DNA of 64,000 nucleotides, taken from contig JAZDJR010000018.1 in the NCBI GenBank assembly GCA_043803815.1, positions 32,001-96,000 of the forward strand, given 5' to 3'. The position numbers were made by a program, and so were the translations under genes. Positions 45,826 to 54,626 of the stretch are shown here, piece after piece. The notes under the pieces are model-generated. The model saw only the letters and a list, made by a program, of their open reading frames with translations, had not been told where the DNA came from and ran no database searches. Origin of the DNA: Candidatus Micrarchaeota archaeon. GTDB taxonomy: Archaea; Iainarchaeota; Iainarchaeia; Iainarchaeales; JAGVWC01. Each line of letters starts with the position of its first letter. Positions within the stretch are counted from its first letter, which is position 1.

Positions 45826-47973
45826 TTAGCCGTACCGCGAACCGCGACTTTCGCGCTTTTTTTGTCCCAGATTCTGCTTGATTTGTTCCGCGATTTTTTC
45901 TCCGCCCAAAAGGCGTCCCAGGTCCGCAACGTCGATTTTTTGCAGGTCCAAGACCGTTCGCACGTTGTTTTGGAACAGGCGCCTGGCGCGTGACCGCCCG
46001 ATGCCGCGCACTTCGCATAGCATCAAGAGTTCTTCTCGCACGCCGAACTGCAATCGCTTTCGCAGTTTGGCCAGTTTTTCGGGATGATTTTCCAGTTTTA
46101 GCAGCTGGCAGAGTTCAAAAGCCGCGTATCCCAGCCAGTCGCAAACCAATAGTTTGGAGCGCAAAATGCCCGGCGCCACGTTAAACTCGTCCGCAAGGCG
46201 GCTGTCGGGGGTTTCGTTTATCCATTGCTCGAAAACTTTTGCTGTGAAAAACTTTTTGGCCAGATTCGGGTCGGCATAGAGTTCGACGTTGATGTTAACG
46301 GGAATTTCGTCCTGCGAGTTGACAAGTTCTTCCAAAAGCCGCGGTTCCATTTTTTTAGGGTAATTCAGCAAAGGCGAAAGTTCGCCGGTATTGGAAAACA
46401 AAAACAGGTAAGTCATCGCGGAAAACGGCCTTTTTTGCTTTAGCGCGGCAATCAGACCGGCCGCGGAAAGCGGGTCGAGGTACAGTTCGGATACGCGTTT
46501 TCCAAGTTCGGTGGCTTCGAATCTTTTTTCGCTGGATTTTACGAATCCGAGTTCTTCCAGTTCAACCAGTATCCCGCTTAGTTTGGACAAAAGTTCTGTG
46601 GTTTGCTTGAACTGGAACGCGTAAAATGTCTTGGAAAAAAAATCTTCCAAAGACTGCAAATCAAACACGAAATTGGTCGCAATCGCGGCCAGCAAGTGGG
46701 TTCGCAGCACGGGTTCAATCGACAGGCGCGACTCGACTTCTTCGATTTCGCCGCGGACATAATTTTCCATTAAATCGTCGATTTCGGATTCGCTGGACGC
46801 CAAAATCACGGCTTCGCCGGCAACGTCAAACTTGGGCCTTCCCGCGCGACCCGCCATTTGCTTGTACTCGGAAACCGAAATGCGCGTGGAACCGCCCCAG
46901 GAGCCGTCGTAGCGGTGCAGAGAGGGAATAATTACGCGAAACGCGGGTACGTTAATTCCGGCGGCCAAAGTAGGCGTTGAACTGATTAGTTTAATCCTGT
47001 TTTTTTTAAACGCGGATTCGACGATGCGACGCTGTTTTTCAACGAGTCCCGCGTGGTGAAACGCCGCGCCGCGGAAAACCAACTGCGCGAGTTTTCGGCA
47101 CTGGTCGGTCGGCTGTTCCAGCGCATTGAGAATGGCAACGGACGCTTTTTGGAGAATTTCGCGGTCCTGTTCCGAAAGTTTTTTTTCTGTAATCGCGGAT
47201 AATTTTTCTGCGAAACTTTCGCTTTTTGGCCGGCTGTTGGCAAACACGAGGCATTGCTTGTTTTTTTGGTTTAATGTGTCTGCAACGATTTTGGCCACGC
47301 TTTCTTTTTCAGATGCGGCAATTTTTTCGACGCGATTTTCAAATTTTATTTTGCCGTCAAAATAAACGCCTTCGTCAAGTGTGACGGGGCGATAATCGCT
47401 TTGCACCAAATCCGCGGACAGCCAGTCCGCAATCTGGCTGGAATTGGGAATAGTCGCGCTTAATGCCAATACGCGAAGCTGCGGATTGATTAGGCGCAGT
47501 TTGGTAATTGCCATTTCGACTGCGGGGCCGCGGTCGCTGCCCATGATATGCACTTCGTCCACAACCAGCAATCCGACTTGCGAAAGCCAGTCGGCTTTGT
47601 GGCGAAGCAAGGATTCCAGCTTTTCGGTCGTGGAAAAAATCAAATCGTAGTTTTTCAGGTACTGACTGCTGGAATCAAAGTCTCCGGTGGAAATCGCCAT
47701 GCGGATTTTGAGTTGGCCAAACTTGGTTTTCCAGTCGGAATAATGCTCGCTGGCCAATGCTCGAAGCGGGCAGGTGTAAACGACTTTTTGTTTTTTGTTC
47801 AAAATCGAGTCAAGCGCGCAGAGTTCGGCAACCACGGTTTTGCCCGAAGCTGTGGGCGCGGCTACGACTACGCTTTGGTCAAACAGGCGGCTGGAAAGCG
47901 CCTTTTCCTGCATGGGATTAAACTTTTCAAAGCCGTTGGCTTGGCGAACCAACTCGGGAATGTCAAAGGTCAT
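45826..47973 (-). CDS. hel308: Ski2-like ATP-dependent DNA helicase Hel308
   Basis: APTASGKT, VVDEVH, LSATI.N, FHHAGL, TPTLAAGIN.PA, QMAGRAGRP, C-terminal HhH. Confidence 0.93.
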   Translation of the reverse strand: MTFDIPELVRQANGFEKFNPMQEKALSSRLFDQSVVVAAPTASGKTVVAELCALDSILNKKQKVVYTCPLRALASEHYSDWKTKFGQLKIRMAISTGDFDSSSQYLKNYDLIFSTTEKLESLLRHKADWLSQVGLLVVDEVHIMGSDRGPAVEMAITKLRLINPQLRVLALSATIPNSSQIADWLSADLVQSDYRPVTLDEGVYFDGKIKFENRVEKIAASEKESVAKIVADTLNQKNKQCLVFANSRPKSESFAEKLSAITEKKLSEQDREILQKASVAILNALEQPTDQCRKLAQLVFRGAAFHHAGLVEKQRRIVESAFKKNRIKLISSTPTLAAGINVPAFRVIIPSLHRYDGSWGGSTRISVSEYKQMAGRAGRPKFDVAGEAVILASSESEIDDLMENYVRGEIEEVESRLSIEPVLRTHLLAAIATNFVFDLQSLEDFFSKTFYAFQFKQTTELLSKLSGILVELEELGFVKSSEKRFEATELGKRVSELYLDPLSAAGLIAALKQKRPFSAMTYLFLFSNTGELSPLLNYPKKMEPRLLEELVNSQDEIPVNINVELYADPNLAKKFFTAKVFEQWINETPDSRLADEFNVAPGILRSKLLVCDWLGYAAFELCQLLKLENHPEKLAKLRKRLQFGVREELLMLCEVRGIGRSRARRLFQNNVRTVLDLQKIDVADLGRLLGGEKIAEQIKQNLGQKKRESRGSRYG

Positions 47974-48046
47974 ACTATTATGGTTGACCGTTGCTTTTTT
48001 TGGGGGTTGGTCAAGCACCTGAATTTGGGAGTTTTGGGGCAAGGGA

Positions 48047-48292
48047 TTACAACTCGCTTTGGGTTTCGCTTGTGTTTTGAAGCATGACGAACTCGTAGGC
48101 TTTTTGCAGGGCAAGGACTGCTTTGGGCAGGTCTGCGGGTTTGAAGGAAGAGCTGGATTTCCATTCCCCGCTTTCGGTTTTGTATCGCTTTTCAATCGAA
48201 ACCGAAAAATACGGCTTTCCTTCTTTGCCCGCGTTTTCCCAAATCGCGGCGGTTATGCCGGCCACCGAGATTTTTTGGATTGGGGCAGTCAT
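48047..48292 (-). CDS. Small putative ssDNA-binding protein (PC4/Whirly-like fold)
   Basis: ITAAIWEN...YFSVSIEKRYK...GEWKSSSSF...DLPK; strong SD AGGAGGTGA. Confidence 0.65.
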   Translation of the reverse strand: MTAPIQKISVAGITAAIWENAGKEGKPYFSVSIEKRYKTESGEWKSSSSFKPADLPKAVLALQKAYEFVMLQNTSETQSEL

Positions 48293-48323
48293 TTTTTCAC
48301 CTCCTTTTAAAAAATAAAAAAAA

Positions 48324-48446
48324 TTAGGCGGTGATCCTAATCAATCGCCCCAGCCGGCCTGTTTTTTGGAAGGGTTCGGTTTGGATGCTTTGCAGCAGGC
48401 GAAACACGTTAAAGTCCAGGTTTAATTCTTCGATAGTATTTTTCAT
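48324..48446 (-). CDS. 40-aa small ORF (MKNTIEELNLDFNVFRLLQ...)
   Basis: SD GGTGA at normal spacing from the ATG; co-oriented upstream of the PC4-like gene. Confidence 0.4.
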   Translation of the reverse strand: MKNTIEELNLDFNVFRLLQSIQTEPFQKTGRLGRLIRITA

Positions 48447-48691
48447 TACATCACCGGAAACTAGTTCGCTTGGCTTGCTTTTAAATCGGCGGAGGCGGGT
48501 CATTGCCGGTGAAAACCGGTGCATTGGCAGGGTTTGCCGTGCAATGAATTCAGCGGCAATGACGCCCCAAAAAAGCTAAGAATCCAGGCATACAATAGTG
48601 GACTAAGAAATAGCCGAACCAATCGGACAAAGCGGCTATTAACCGGAAATCGGAAGCCGCCAAAAAACGTTCTTCAAAACCCCCTTTAAAT

Positions 48692-48712
48692 ATATATGCC
48701 TTAAACATATAT
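48692..48712. promoter_or_regulatory. Palindrome ATATATG-N7-CATATAT overlapping a TATA-like element upstream of the second toxin-HTH pair
   Basis: Perfect 7-bp arms right after TTTAAATA. Confidence 0.5.
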
Positions 48713-48777
48713 GTGCGCTTTTCGGAGCGCTTGTAAGGGGTGATGGATAGTGACTAAAACGACAAGGGTTTTTGACA

Positions 48778-49092
48778 ATGAAAGCAAGACAAGTACTCAA
48801 CGAGGTGTTCACCCCGAGCAAAAACTTCGCCTGCCGATTGCTGGCTTGGGAGGTTCGCGGTGACAAAAGATTTTCCGAAAACTTCAAGTACGCTTTTGTG
48901 CTGCTCCACGAAAACGAAAGGGTGCTTGCCTACGACAATTGCGAGGGAAAAGGCCACCACAGGCATTATGGCAAACAACAGGGACCAAACACCGGCACGC
49001 CCGAAATAAAATCGAAAAAAGACATTGAAAAACTCGCAAGAACTTTCATGACCGAAGTGACCGCAATAATAAAAAAAACCAAAAACGAATAA
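48778..49092 (+). CDS. DUF6516/TumE-like putative toxin
   Basis: FKYAFVL......VLAYDN..GKGHHRHYG. Confidence 0.75.
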   Translation: MKARQVLNEVFTPSKNFACRLLAWEVRGDKRFSENFKYAFVLLHENERVLAYDNCEGKGHHRHYGKQQGPNTGTPEIKSKKDIEKLARTFMTEVTAIIKKTKNE

Positions 49093-49142
49093 AAAAAATG
49101 AAGCCAAAAAAGAAATTATAATAAAACTCTATAATGATGATT

Positions 49143-49583
49143 ATGAAAGAAGAAATGAAATTCAATAAGGTCTTAATCCGAATAGCGTCTTTTGAACAAG
49201 TAATGCAAGAGACCGTTGAAACCCTGTGGAATGTCAAAAAAGGAAAAAAGGCCAAGGCCGCGCGGAAAACCCTCACTTTTCCGGACCTTGAAACCCTGCG
49301 GGAAATCCTTACGGATGAACGAATCCGCCTGCTCCAAACCCTGCACACCCAAAAACCCAAAAGCGTCTATGAACTCGCCAAAAAACTGGGCCGCAAATAT
49401 CCCAACGTGTTCAACGACGTAAAAAAACTCGAGAACCTGGGACTCGTCACGCTAAACCTAGAAAAAAACAAGTCGGAACCCACGGCAACCTACAAAAGCC
49501 TCAAAATCGAAATACCCCTGACAATTCCCATACTAAATCGCTTCAAGGTTCAACAAGCCAAACACAATCGCGTCATTCCTTGA
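49143..49583 (+). CDS. HVO_A0114-like HTH DNA-binding protein (putative antitoxin)
   Basis: LTF.D...L..ILT..R..LL......P.S.YELAK.LGR.Y.NV..DV..LE.LGLV. Confidence 0.8.
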   Translation: MKEEMKFNKVLIRIASFEQVMQETVETLWNVKKGKKAKAARKTLTFPDLETLREILTDERIRLLQTLHTQKPKSVYELAKKLGRKYPNVFNDVKKLENLGLVTLNLEKNKSEPTATYKSLKIEIPLTIPILNRFKVQQAKHNRVIP

Positions 49584-50100
49584 TGCCATAATGGGCCAAA
49601 AGCTGTCCCGTATGCCAAGCCTTGGCGTCGGCTTTGGAAAAACCCAGTTTGGAAAATGTTACGAACAATTGTTTTTCGCTCGTGGCTTCGATTTCCAAAA
49701 ATAAAGGGATTTTTTTGAAGGCACCTAAGAATTTGTCCAGTTCGATTCGGTTTTTTCCAAGGCGGTACGATTCGCGTTTTTTGGAATACGACAAAACCGG
49801 CCTGAATCCAAGGCGCCGGATAAATCTTTGGCAGTCGCTCCAGTCGGATACTTCAAATTCGATTTCTTCGGACGAAACCGACTTTTGGGTCGGCAGGCGC
49901 GTTTTGAACGTCAAAAAAGTTTTGGCGGTAGTTTGGCGCAGGCGCAGCACCTGGCCGTTTTTGGACAAGTGGCGGCCGGGAAAATCGAAATAAATCGTTT
50001 TTAGGACTCCTGAAAAAATCTTTTTGGCTTTGAGCTTTTTCAGGCGAGCCAAAACCTGCATTTTGTTTATTTCCAAAACCTTAACTTCGATTTCGTTCAT
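49573..50100 (-). CDS. CYTH-domain protein (class IV adenylate cyclase-like)
   Basis: N-terminal EIEVK (ExExK), LRLR, LTFK, E.E..V, KKRESY, FLEIE. Confidence 0.88.
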   Translation of the reverse strand: MNEIEVKVLEINKMQVLARLKKLKAKKIFSGVLKTIYFDFPGRHLSKNGQVLRLRQTTAKTFLTFKTRLPTQKSVSSEEIEFEVSDWSDCQRFIRRLGFRPVLSYSKKRESYRLGKNRIELDKFLGAFKKIPLFLEIEATSEKQLFVTFSKLGFSKADAKAWHTGQLLAHYGIKE

Positions 50101-50189
50101 CTGAAAACCAGAAAATGCTTTGTCAAAAAATAATTTCGCGAAGCGAATTTTCTTTTTTCCCGAAGGGCTTTTTTCGCAAACATTTTCCC

Positions 50190-50261
50190 AAAAGGTTTTC
50201 CGAGGTTCCCGTTTTTGCCAAAGGCAAAAAGGGCCCATTCAAGCGCGCTTGAATCGGGTTT
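50190..50261. repeat. Two-hairpin dispersed repeat family A, copy 2
   Basis: Homologous to 6403-6476; stems TTTTTGCC/GGCAAAAA and ATTCAAGC/GCTTGAAT. Confidence 0.8.
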
Positions 50262-50281
50262 CTTTTGCGAAAAGAAAAAAC

Positions 50282-50947
50282 TCACTTTTTGCTCCAGTTT
50301 TCTATTTCGCGCAGCATGGCGATTTCGTTTTTGGATTCTTCGAGCTGTTTTTGCAGGCTGGTCACGTTTTTTTGGCTTTGTTCGAGGCGGAATTTTTTTT
50401 GTTCGTCCGCGAGCTTTGCAACGCGCGGGTTGTCCTTGTAAACAATGCTGGTGGAAACGGTTTCGGTCAATTGTTTTCGGTATTCCAAGTCGTTGACAAA
50501 AGTATTAATCATGGGATGGTATTTGGGGTGCGAAACGAGGTGCACGGGAAGTTTTACCGCGTCGGCGTCTTTGCGGTAATCGGGATCGGTGAGGTATTTT
50601 TGGGTGTGCTGCCAGTATAATTTGTCGCCGAATTTTTTGACGTTGTTGGTGACATCCGACAGCTGCGCGGTGCGGTGCTGGCCTTTCCAGTCGTTGACGC
50701 GGCGTTCAATGTCGGTTTTTTGCTTTTCCAGTTTTTGGATTTCTTTGCGAAGCTTTAGCTTGGTGGGATAAATTACTTCGGGCCAGGCTCCGTTGGTTGG
50801 AATGCCTGCCAAGGAAATCACACCGCCGCGCTCAAAATAGCGCTTTATATGCTGTACACGATTGGAATCCTTGTTTTTTTCAACGAGTTCGCCGAATTTG
50901 GCGCTAAAGGATTCAAAGGAAGAAAAAACGAGTTCTTTGTTTTGCAT
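50282..50947 (-). CDS. Hypothetical coiled-coil protein
   Basis: 221-aa ORF with genome-typical codon usage and two heptad-rich stretches. Confidence 0.65.
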   Translation of the reverse strand: MQNKELVFSSFESFSAKFGELVEKNKDSNRVQHIKRYFERGGVISLAGIPTNGAWPEVIYPTKLKLRKEIQKLEKQKTDIERRVNDWKGQHRTAQLSDVTNNVKKFGDKLYWQHTQKYLTDPDYRKDADAVKLPVHLVSHPKYHPMINTFVNDLEYRKQLTETVSTSIVYKDNPRVAKLADEQKKFRLEQSQKNVTSLQKQLEESKNEIAMLREIENWSKK

Positions 50948-51039
50948 ACCATACAGTAACGCATTGGCGTTAAAAAAAACAACGGTTGGTCATGGCGATT
51001 AAAAAGCTGGTTTGCCTCGGAAAAACTCGTTTTTTGGGG

Positions 51040-53007
51040 TCATGGTTTTTGGCAGTATGCCAAAGCCGGGTGGTCCGCGCAGACGATTTGGGTCAAGGCA
51101 TTGATTTGGGCTTGTTGTTGCTTGACCAGTTCGATGGTGTAAAAAGGCAGTTTGTCAGCGGCATATCCTTTGGTGGTGCCGTCGTCTCGGTAGAGTTCGG
51201 GCAATACCTGTTGGAGGTCTTCCGCAATATAACCAAAGTCCTTTTGGCCGTTGGCTTTCCAAGTGAACGATTTGGGCTGAAGCAAAAGAATGCGTTTTGA
51301 ATCCAATTGAACGGGTTGAATGTTGGTCTTGTAGTCGCGCGAGGAAGGATTGGTATTTGTCAGGACGCCGGCATTTGAATAAACCGGACCGTTGGTTGTC
51401 AGATTGAATATTTTCACGCCGCCACCGGCTTGTAACCTCATTCTTTCGGTTCCTCCAGCACTGGGATTTCTATCCTCATAGAAAATCAGCGCGCCTGTGC
51501 CATCAGAAACCCCGAATCCCCAATCCTTTGAACCGGCATCGGTTAGTTGAATAAAAGCCCCGCCAGCATTGGCGATGCGAAGGCCGATTTGATTACGCGT
51601 GACGGGGGCCAGAATATCAAGGGGTACGGAAGGACTTGTGGCACCGATTCCCACGTTGCCGCCATAGGATTGCAGTACCAGCGATCCTGCCAAAGTTCCA
51701 TCATTGACGTCAATGTCCGCGTAGCGCTGAGCAGGGTCGGAACTGGTTTTGAGACCCATGCGAAGTACCATCGCATCGCCAGCCAGGGGCTCACTGGTCG
51801 CCAAATAAAGAAGGTGCATGAGTGGGCTATTTTGGGTTTTGAGAGTACTGGTTCGGATATCCAAGTTTACACCCGGATTGTTGGTATTGATTCCGACGCC
51901 GCCCCATTGCGCAAAGGTCATAATGGGAGTAGGGGTTTCGCCCGCGTTCGCATTTCCATTATAAACCCGCAATCCCCCCATGGTCGCAGGGATGGCTTTG
52001 GTGGTGATGTAAAAGTTGCTGGTTGGAGTAACACTGCTTCCGATTTGGATTTCTTTTGAAACTTCTAGGAACGTGTGGGGTGTCGTTGTTCCAATGCCCA
52101 CGTTGCCACCTGCTGCTATTCTCATAACTTCTGTTCCTGCTGCGCCAGAAGCTCTATTTTCAACAAAAGTTAATGCGTTTGAGCCGTCAGCTACACCTAA
52201 CGCCCAATCTTTGGTTCCACCATCAACTAATTGGATAAATGCACCGGCCGTATTTGCAATTCTAAGCCCTATTTGATTTGACCCAATTGGAGAAACAATA
52301 TCAAGAGGAACAGTTGGTCCCGCCGTCCCAATTCCGACTTTGCCGGTTTGTGTTATTCTAACCGCATCATCAATGTTGCCCGCCCGAACACTAACAGCAC
52401 CAGCTCCAGGATCATAAAATCCGGCGGAACGGGCATTGTTTAAGAAAATCCCCTGCCCAGTAATTGCTCCCGCTACTTCTAATTTATTACCGCTTAGCGG
52501 ACTCGCCGTCCCAATTCCGACATTTCCGTTTCCAACAATGGTTAATCTGTTACCTGCCGCAGTATTATCTCTTATACTGAAGTTCCCGTCAGGAGCCACG
52601 CGCAACTGCCAGCTTCTCAAAGTATTGTCGATATCAATATGCGGAACAGCATTTGTAGAAGAGCTGACTCTCAACTTAGTATTGCCCGAGCTTGCCACTT
52701 CCAACACTCCGACAGGACTCGTGGTTCCAATGCCGACGTTGCCGTCGTTATAATACAGGTTTTTGTCGGGTGTCTGAATCCAATAACCGCTTCCACCGCT
52801 TCCGCCCAAGTTTTGAAAAATATAGTTGATGGTTTCTTGAAGCGTGTGAGTCGCATTGGGAGACGGATTCGGCAGTATGCTCATGCTGGAAGGAGTCAAT
52901 ACGTTGACTTGGATTCCGATGTGCCCCGGATTGGGTGCGGTTTGAGCGGCAACTAAAACGGTTAAAAGAACCGCAAAAAAAACAATTAAAAATACTGAGT
53001 TTCGCAT
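51040..53007 (-). CDS. Secreted tail-fibre-like repeat protein with a C-terminal intramolecular chaperone (peptidase S74) domain
   Basis: Signal peptide; six GxVGIGT-type repeats; SSRDYKTNI (Ser/Lys dyad), FGYIAE.L..V.PEL and coiled-coil end. Confidence 0.85.
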   Translation of the reverse strand: MRNSVFLIVFFAVLLTVLVAAQTAPNPGHIGIQVNVLTPSSMSILPNPSPNATHTLQETINYIFQNLGGSGGSGYWIQTPDKNLYYNDGNVGIGTTSPVGVLEVASSGNTKLRVSSSTNAVPHIDIDNTLRSWQLRVAPDGNFSIRDNTAAGNRLTIVGNGNVGIGTASPLSGNKLEVAGAITGQGIFLNNARSAGFYDPGAGAVSVRAGNIDDAVRITQTGKVGIGTAGPTVPLDIVSPIGSNQIGLRIANTAGAFIQLVDGGTKDWALGVADGSNALTFVENRASGAAGTEVMRIAAGGNVGIGTTTPHTFLEVSKEIQIGSSVTPTSNFYITTKAIPATMGGLRVYNGNANAGETPTPIMTFAQWGGVGINTNNPGVNLDIRTSTLKTQNSPLMHLLYLATSEPLAGDAMVLRMGLKTSSDPAQRYADIDVNDGTLAGSLVLQSYGGNVGIGATSPSVPLDILAPVTRNQIGLRIANAGGAFIQLTDAGSKDWGFGVSDGTGALIFYEDRNPSAGGTERMRLQAGGGVKIFNLTTNGPVYSNAGVLTNTNPSSRDYKTNIQPVQLDSKRILLLQPKSFTWKANGQKDFGYIAEDLQQVLPELYRDDGTTKGYAADKLPFYTIELVKQQQAQINALTQIVCADHPALAYCQKP

Positions 53008-53060
53008 GGTTTCGCTTTAACAAACGGGATTTTGGTATTTATTCGTTTCTATGCAATTAA

Positions 53061-53411
53061 ATGACCCTGAAACCGATTGAAACCGGCCAAAAATGGATTT
53101 TGGCAATCGTCATTTTGGCACTGGTATTGCTGGCGGTTGGCTGGTTTGGTTTTGACCAGTACTCCAAAAACCAGGCTTTGCAGGCCGAAGCGGAATTGCA
53201 AAACATGTACCGACAAGGCGTTGTAGACGGACAAAACCTGGCGTTGCAAGCGGTGCAAGAACGCATTTTGAGTTCATTGCAGCAAAACGGTTATTTGGAT
53301 GTTTCGTTTACGGACGACCAAAACCAAACGCGCTCGGAACGGTTATGGTCCCAATCCGTGATTCAAAACCAGCTAAACGACCAACGCGCGGATGCCAATT
53401 CGAAATCGTGA
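53061..53411 (+). CDS. Hypothetical single-TM protein
   Basis: N-terminal TM and Gln-rich ectodomain (Y.QG...GQ..A). Confidence 0.65.
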   Translation: MTLKPIETGQKWILAIVILALVLLAVGWFGFDQYSKNQALQAEAELQNMYRQGVVDGQNLALQAVQERILSSLQQNGYLDVSFTDDQNQTRSERLWSQSVIQNQLNDQRADANSKS

Positions 53412-53461
53412 CCAAAGCCAAAATTTTAATAGTCAAAACGCGCAAATCTTATGGCGAACAA

Positions 53462-54610
53462 ATGGAAAAACATTGTTTAATTCCGCTTTTTTTATTGGGC
53501 TTTTTTTTGGCTTCGGTTCACGCGCAAACCCCGAATACGCTGCAGTGTTATACGGGCATGATAAGTTCGTGCAATCCGGGTTTTACGCCCGTCATTTTTA
53601 TTTCCGGCCAAGACAACGCGCACGCATCCGAAACCGCGGACCAAGGTTATGTTCCGGTGTGCTGCAAAAACATGGCGGGTTCTTTAAGCGTTTCAACCAA
53701 TTCCACCAATCCCGCGTGCGCAACTCCGGACAACAACGTTTTTTTGGGATTGTATTCAACCAATTCAAGCACGCCGGCAACGAATTCCCACGGAGAATTC
53801 AACGCGGAAGCGGACGGTTCGTACGATTGGGCCAATTCCGCCAACGCGAACCGGCAATTGTGCTTGAATGCGGGCAGCCAACCGATGTCATGCTGGCGAA
53901 GCAGCCAAGAATGCGATTTGCAAAACTCGGCCTGCGTGCTGGCCATTGCCAATGTTTCCGGCGGGGAAAGTGGGCATGTGGCGGCCTGCGAAACGTACGC
54001 TATTCCCGGAGCATATGATTATGTTTGTTGTTCCACCAGTCCACTGATGCCCACACAGCCGGGCATTCATTTAGTTATTGATTCGCTTTCATTGATTCAG
54101 CAGCCCGCGGGCGGCGGGCCGAGTGTTGAAGTGCCTTTGGCTTCCATTCCGGCAATTTCGGTTCAGCAAACCCCCATTGCCGGAATCAAAGCACGGATAA
54201 AAAATTTGGGAATGGCGACTTGCCCGAACGCCACGCTGCGTTTTTGGTTTGCCAACGACGACGGCCAAACCATTTTGCCCACTACGGCAACGGGTGCAAC
54301 TGATTATACTGAAATCACGCCAGTTTCAATTAGTGCGGGCGATTCGGTACTGCTAACACTGTTGGATAATCAAAATCCAGTCCAGTTCGCACCAGAAAAC
54401 GATTTGGCCATGAATTCGCAGAACTTGGCTCCCAATGTCTACTTGCTGAGCGTGGACGCGTATTGCGATACGGTGCGCCATAATTCCAAACGCGCGTTTT
54501 TTTCCGTGTTTAACACATTTTCAATTCCCGTTCCCGAACTTCCATTTTGGTTGGTTTTATTGATTGCACTGGCTTTTGCAGGAGTGCTGACCGCCAAAAA
54601 CCAAAAATAA
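53462..54610 (+). CDS. Cys-rich secreted surface protein with CARDB-like domain and C-terminal VPEL-TM-basic sorting signal
   Basis: Signal peptide, NAHA/NSHG/GHVA repeats with CC, ARIKNLG (CARDB-like), ends IPVPELPFWLVLLIALAFAGVLTAKNQK. Confidence 0.72.
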   Translation: MEKHCLIPLFLLGFFLASVHAQTPNTLQCYTGMISSCNPGFTPVIFISGQDNAHASETADQGYVPVCCKNMAGSLSVSTNSTNPACATPDNNVFLGLYSTNSSTPATNSHGEFNAEADGSYDWANSANANRQLCLNAGSQPMSCWRSSQECDLQNSACVLAIANVSGGESGHVAACETYAIPGAYDYVCCSTSPLMPTQPGIHLVIDSLSLIQQPAGGGPSVEVPLASIPAISVQQTPIAGIKARIKNLGMATCPNATLRFWFANDDGQTILPTTATGATDYTEITPVSISAGDSVLLTLLDNQNPVQFAPENDLAMNSQNLAPNVYLLSVDAYCDTVRHNSKRAFFSVFNTFSIPVPELPFWLVLLIALAFAGVLTAKNQK

Positions 54611-54626
54611 TACCATTAAAAAATGG

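Noticed and set aside
51040-53007. Prophage
   Set aside because: The fibre gene has a signal peptide, and there are no capsid, terminase, portal or integrase neighbours.
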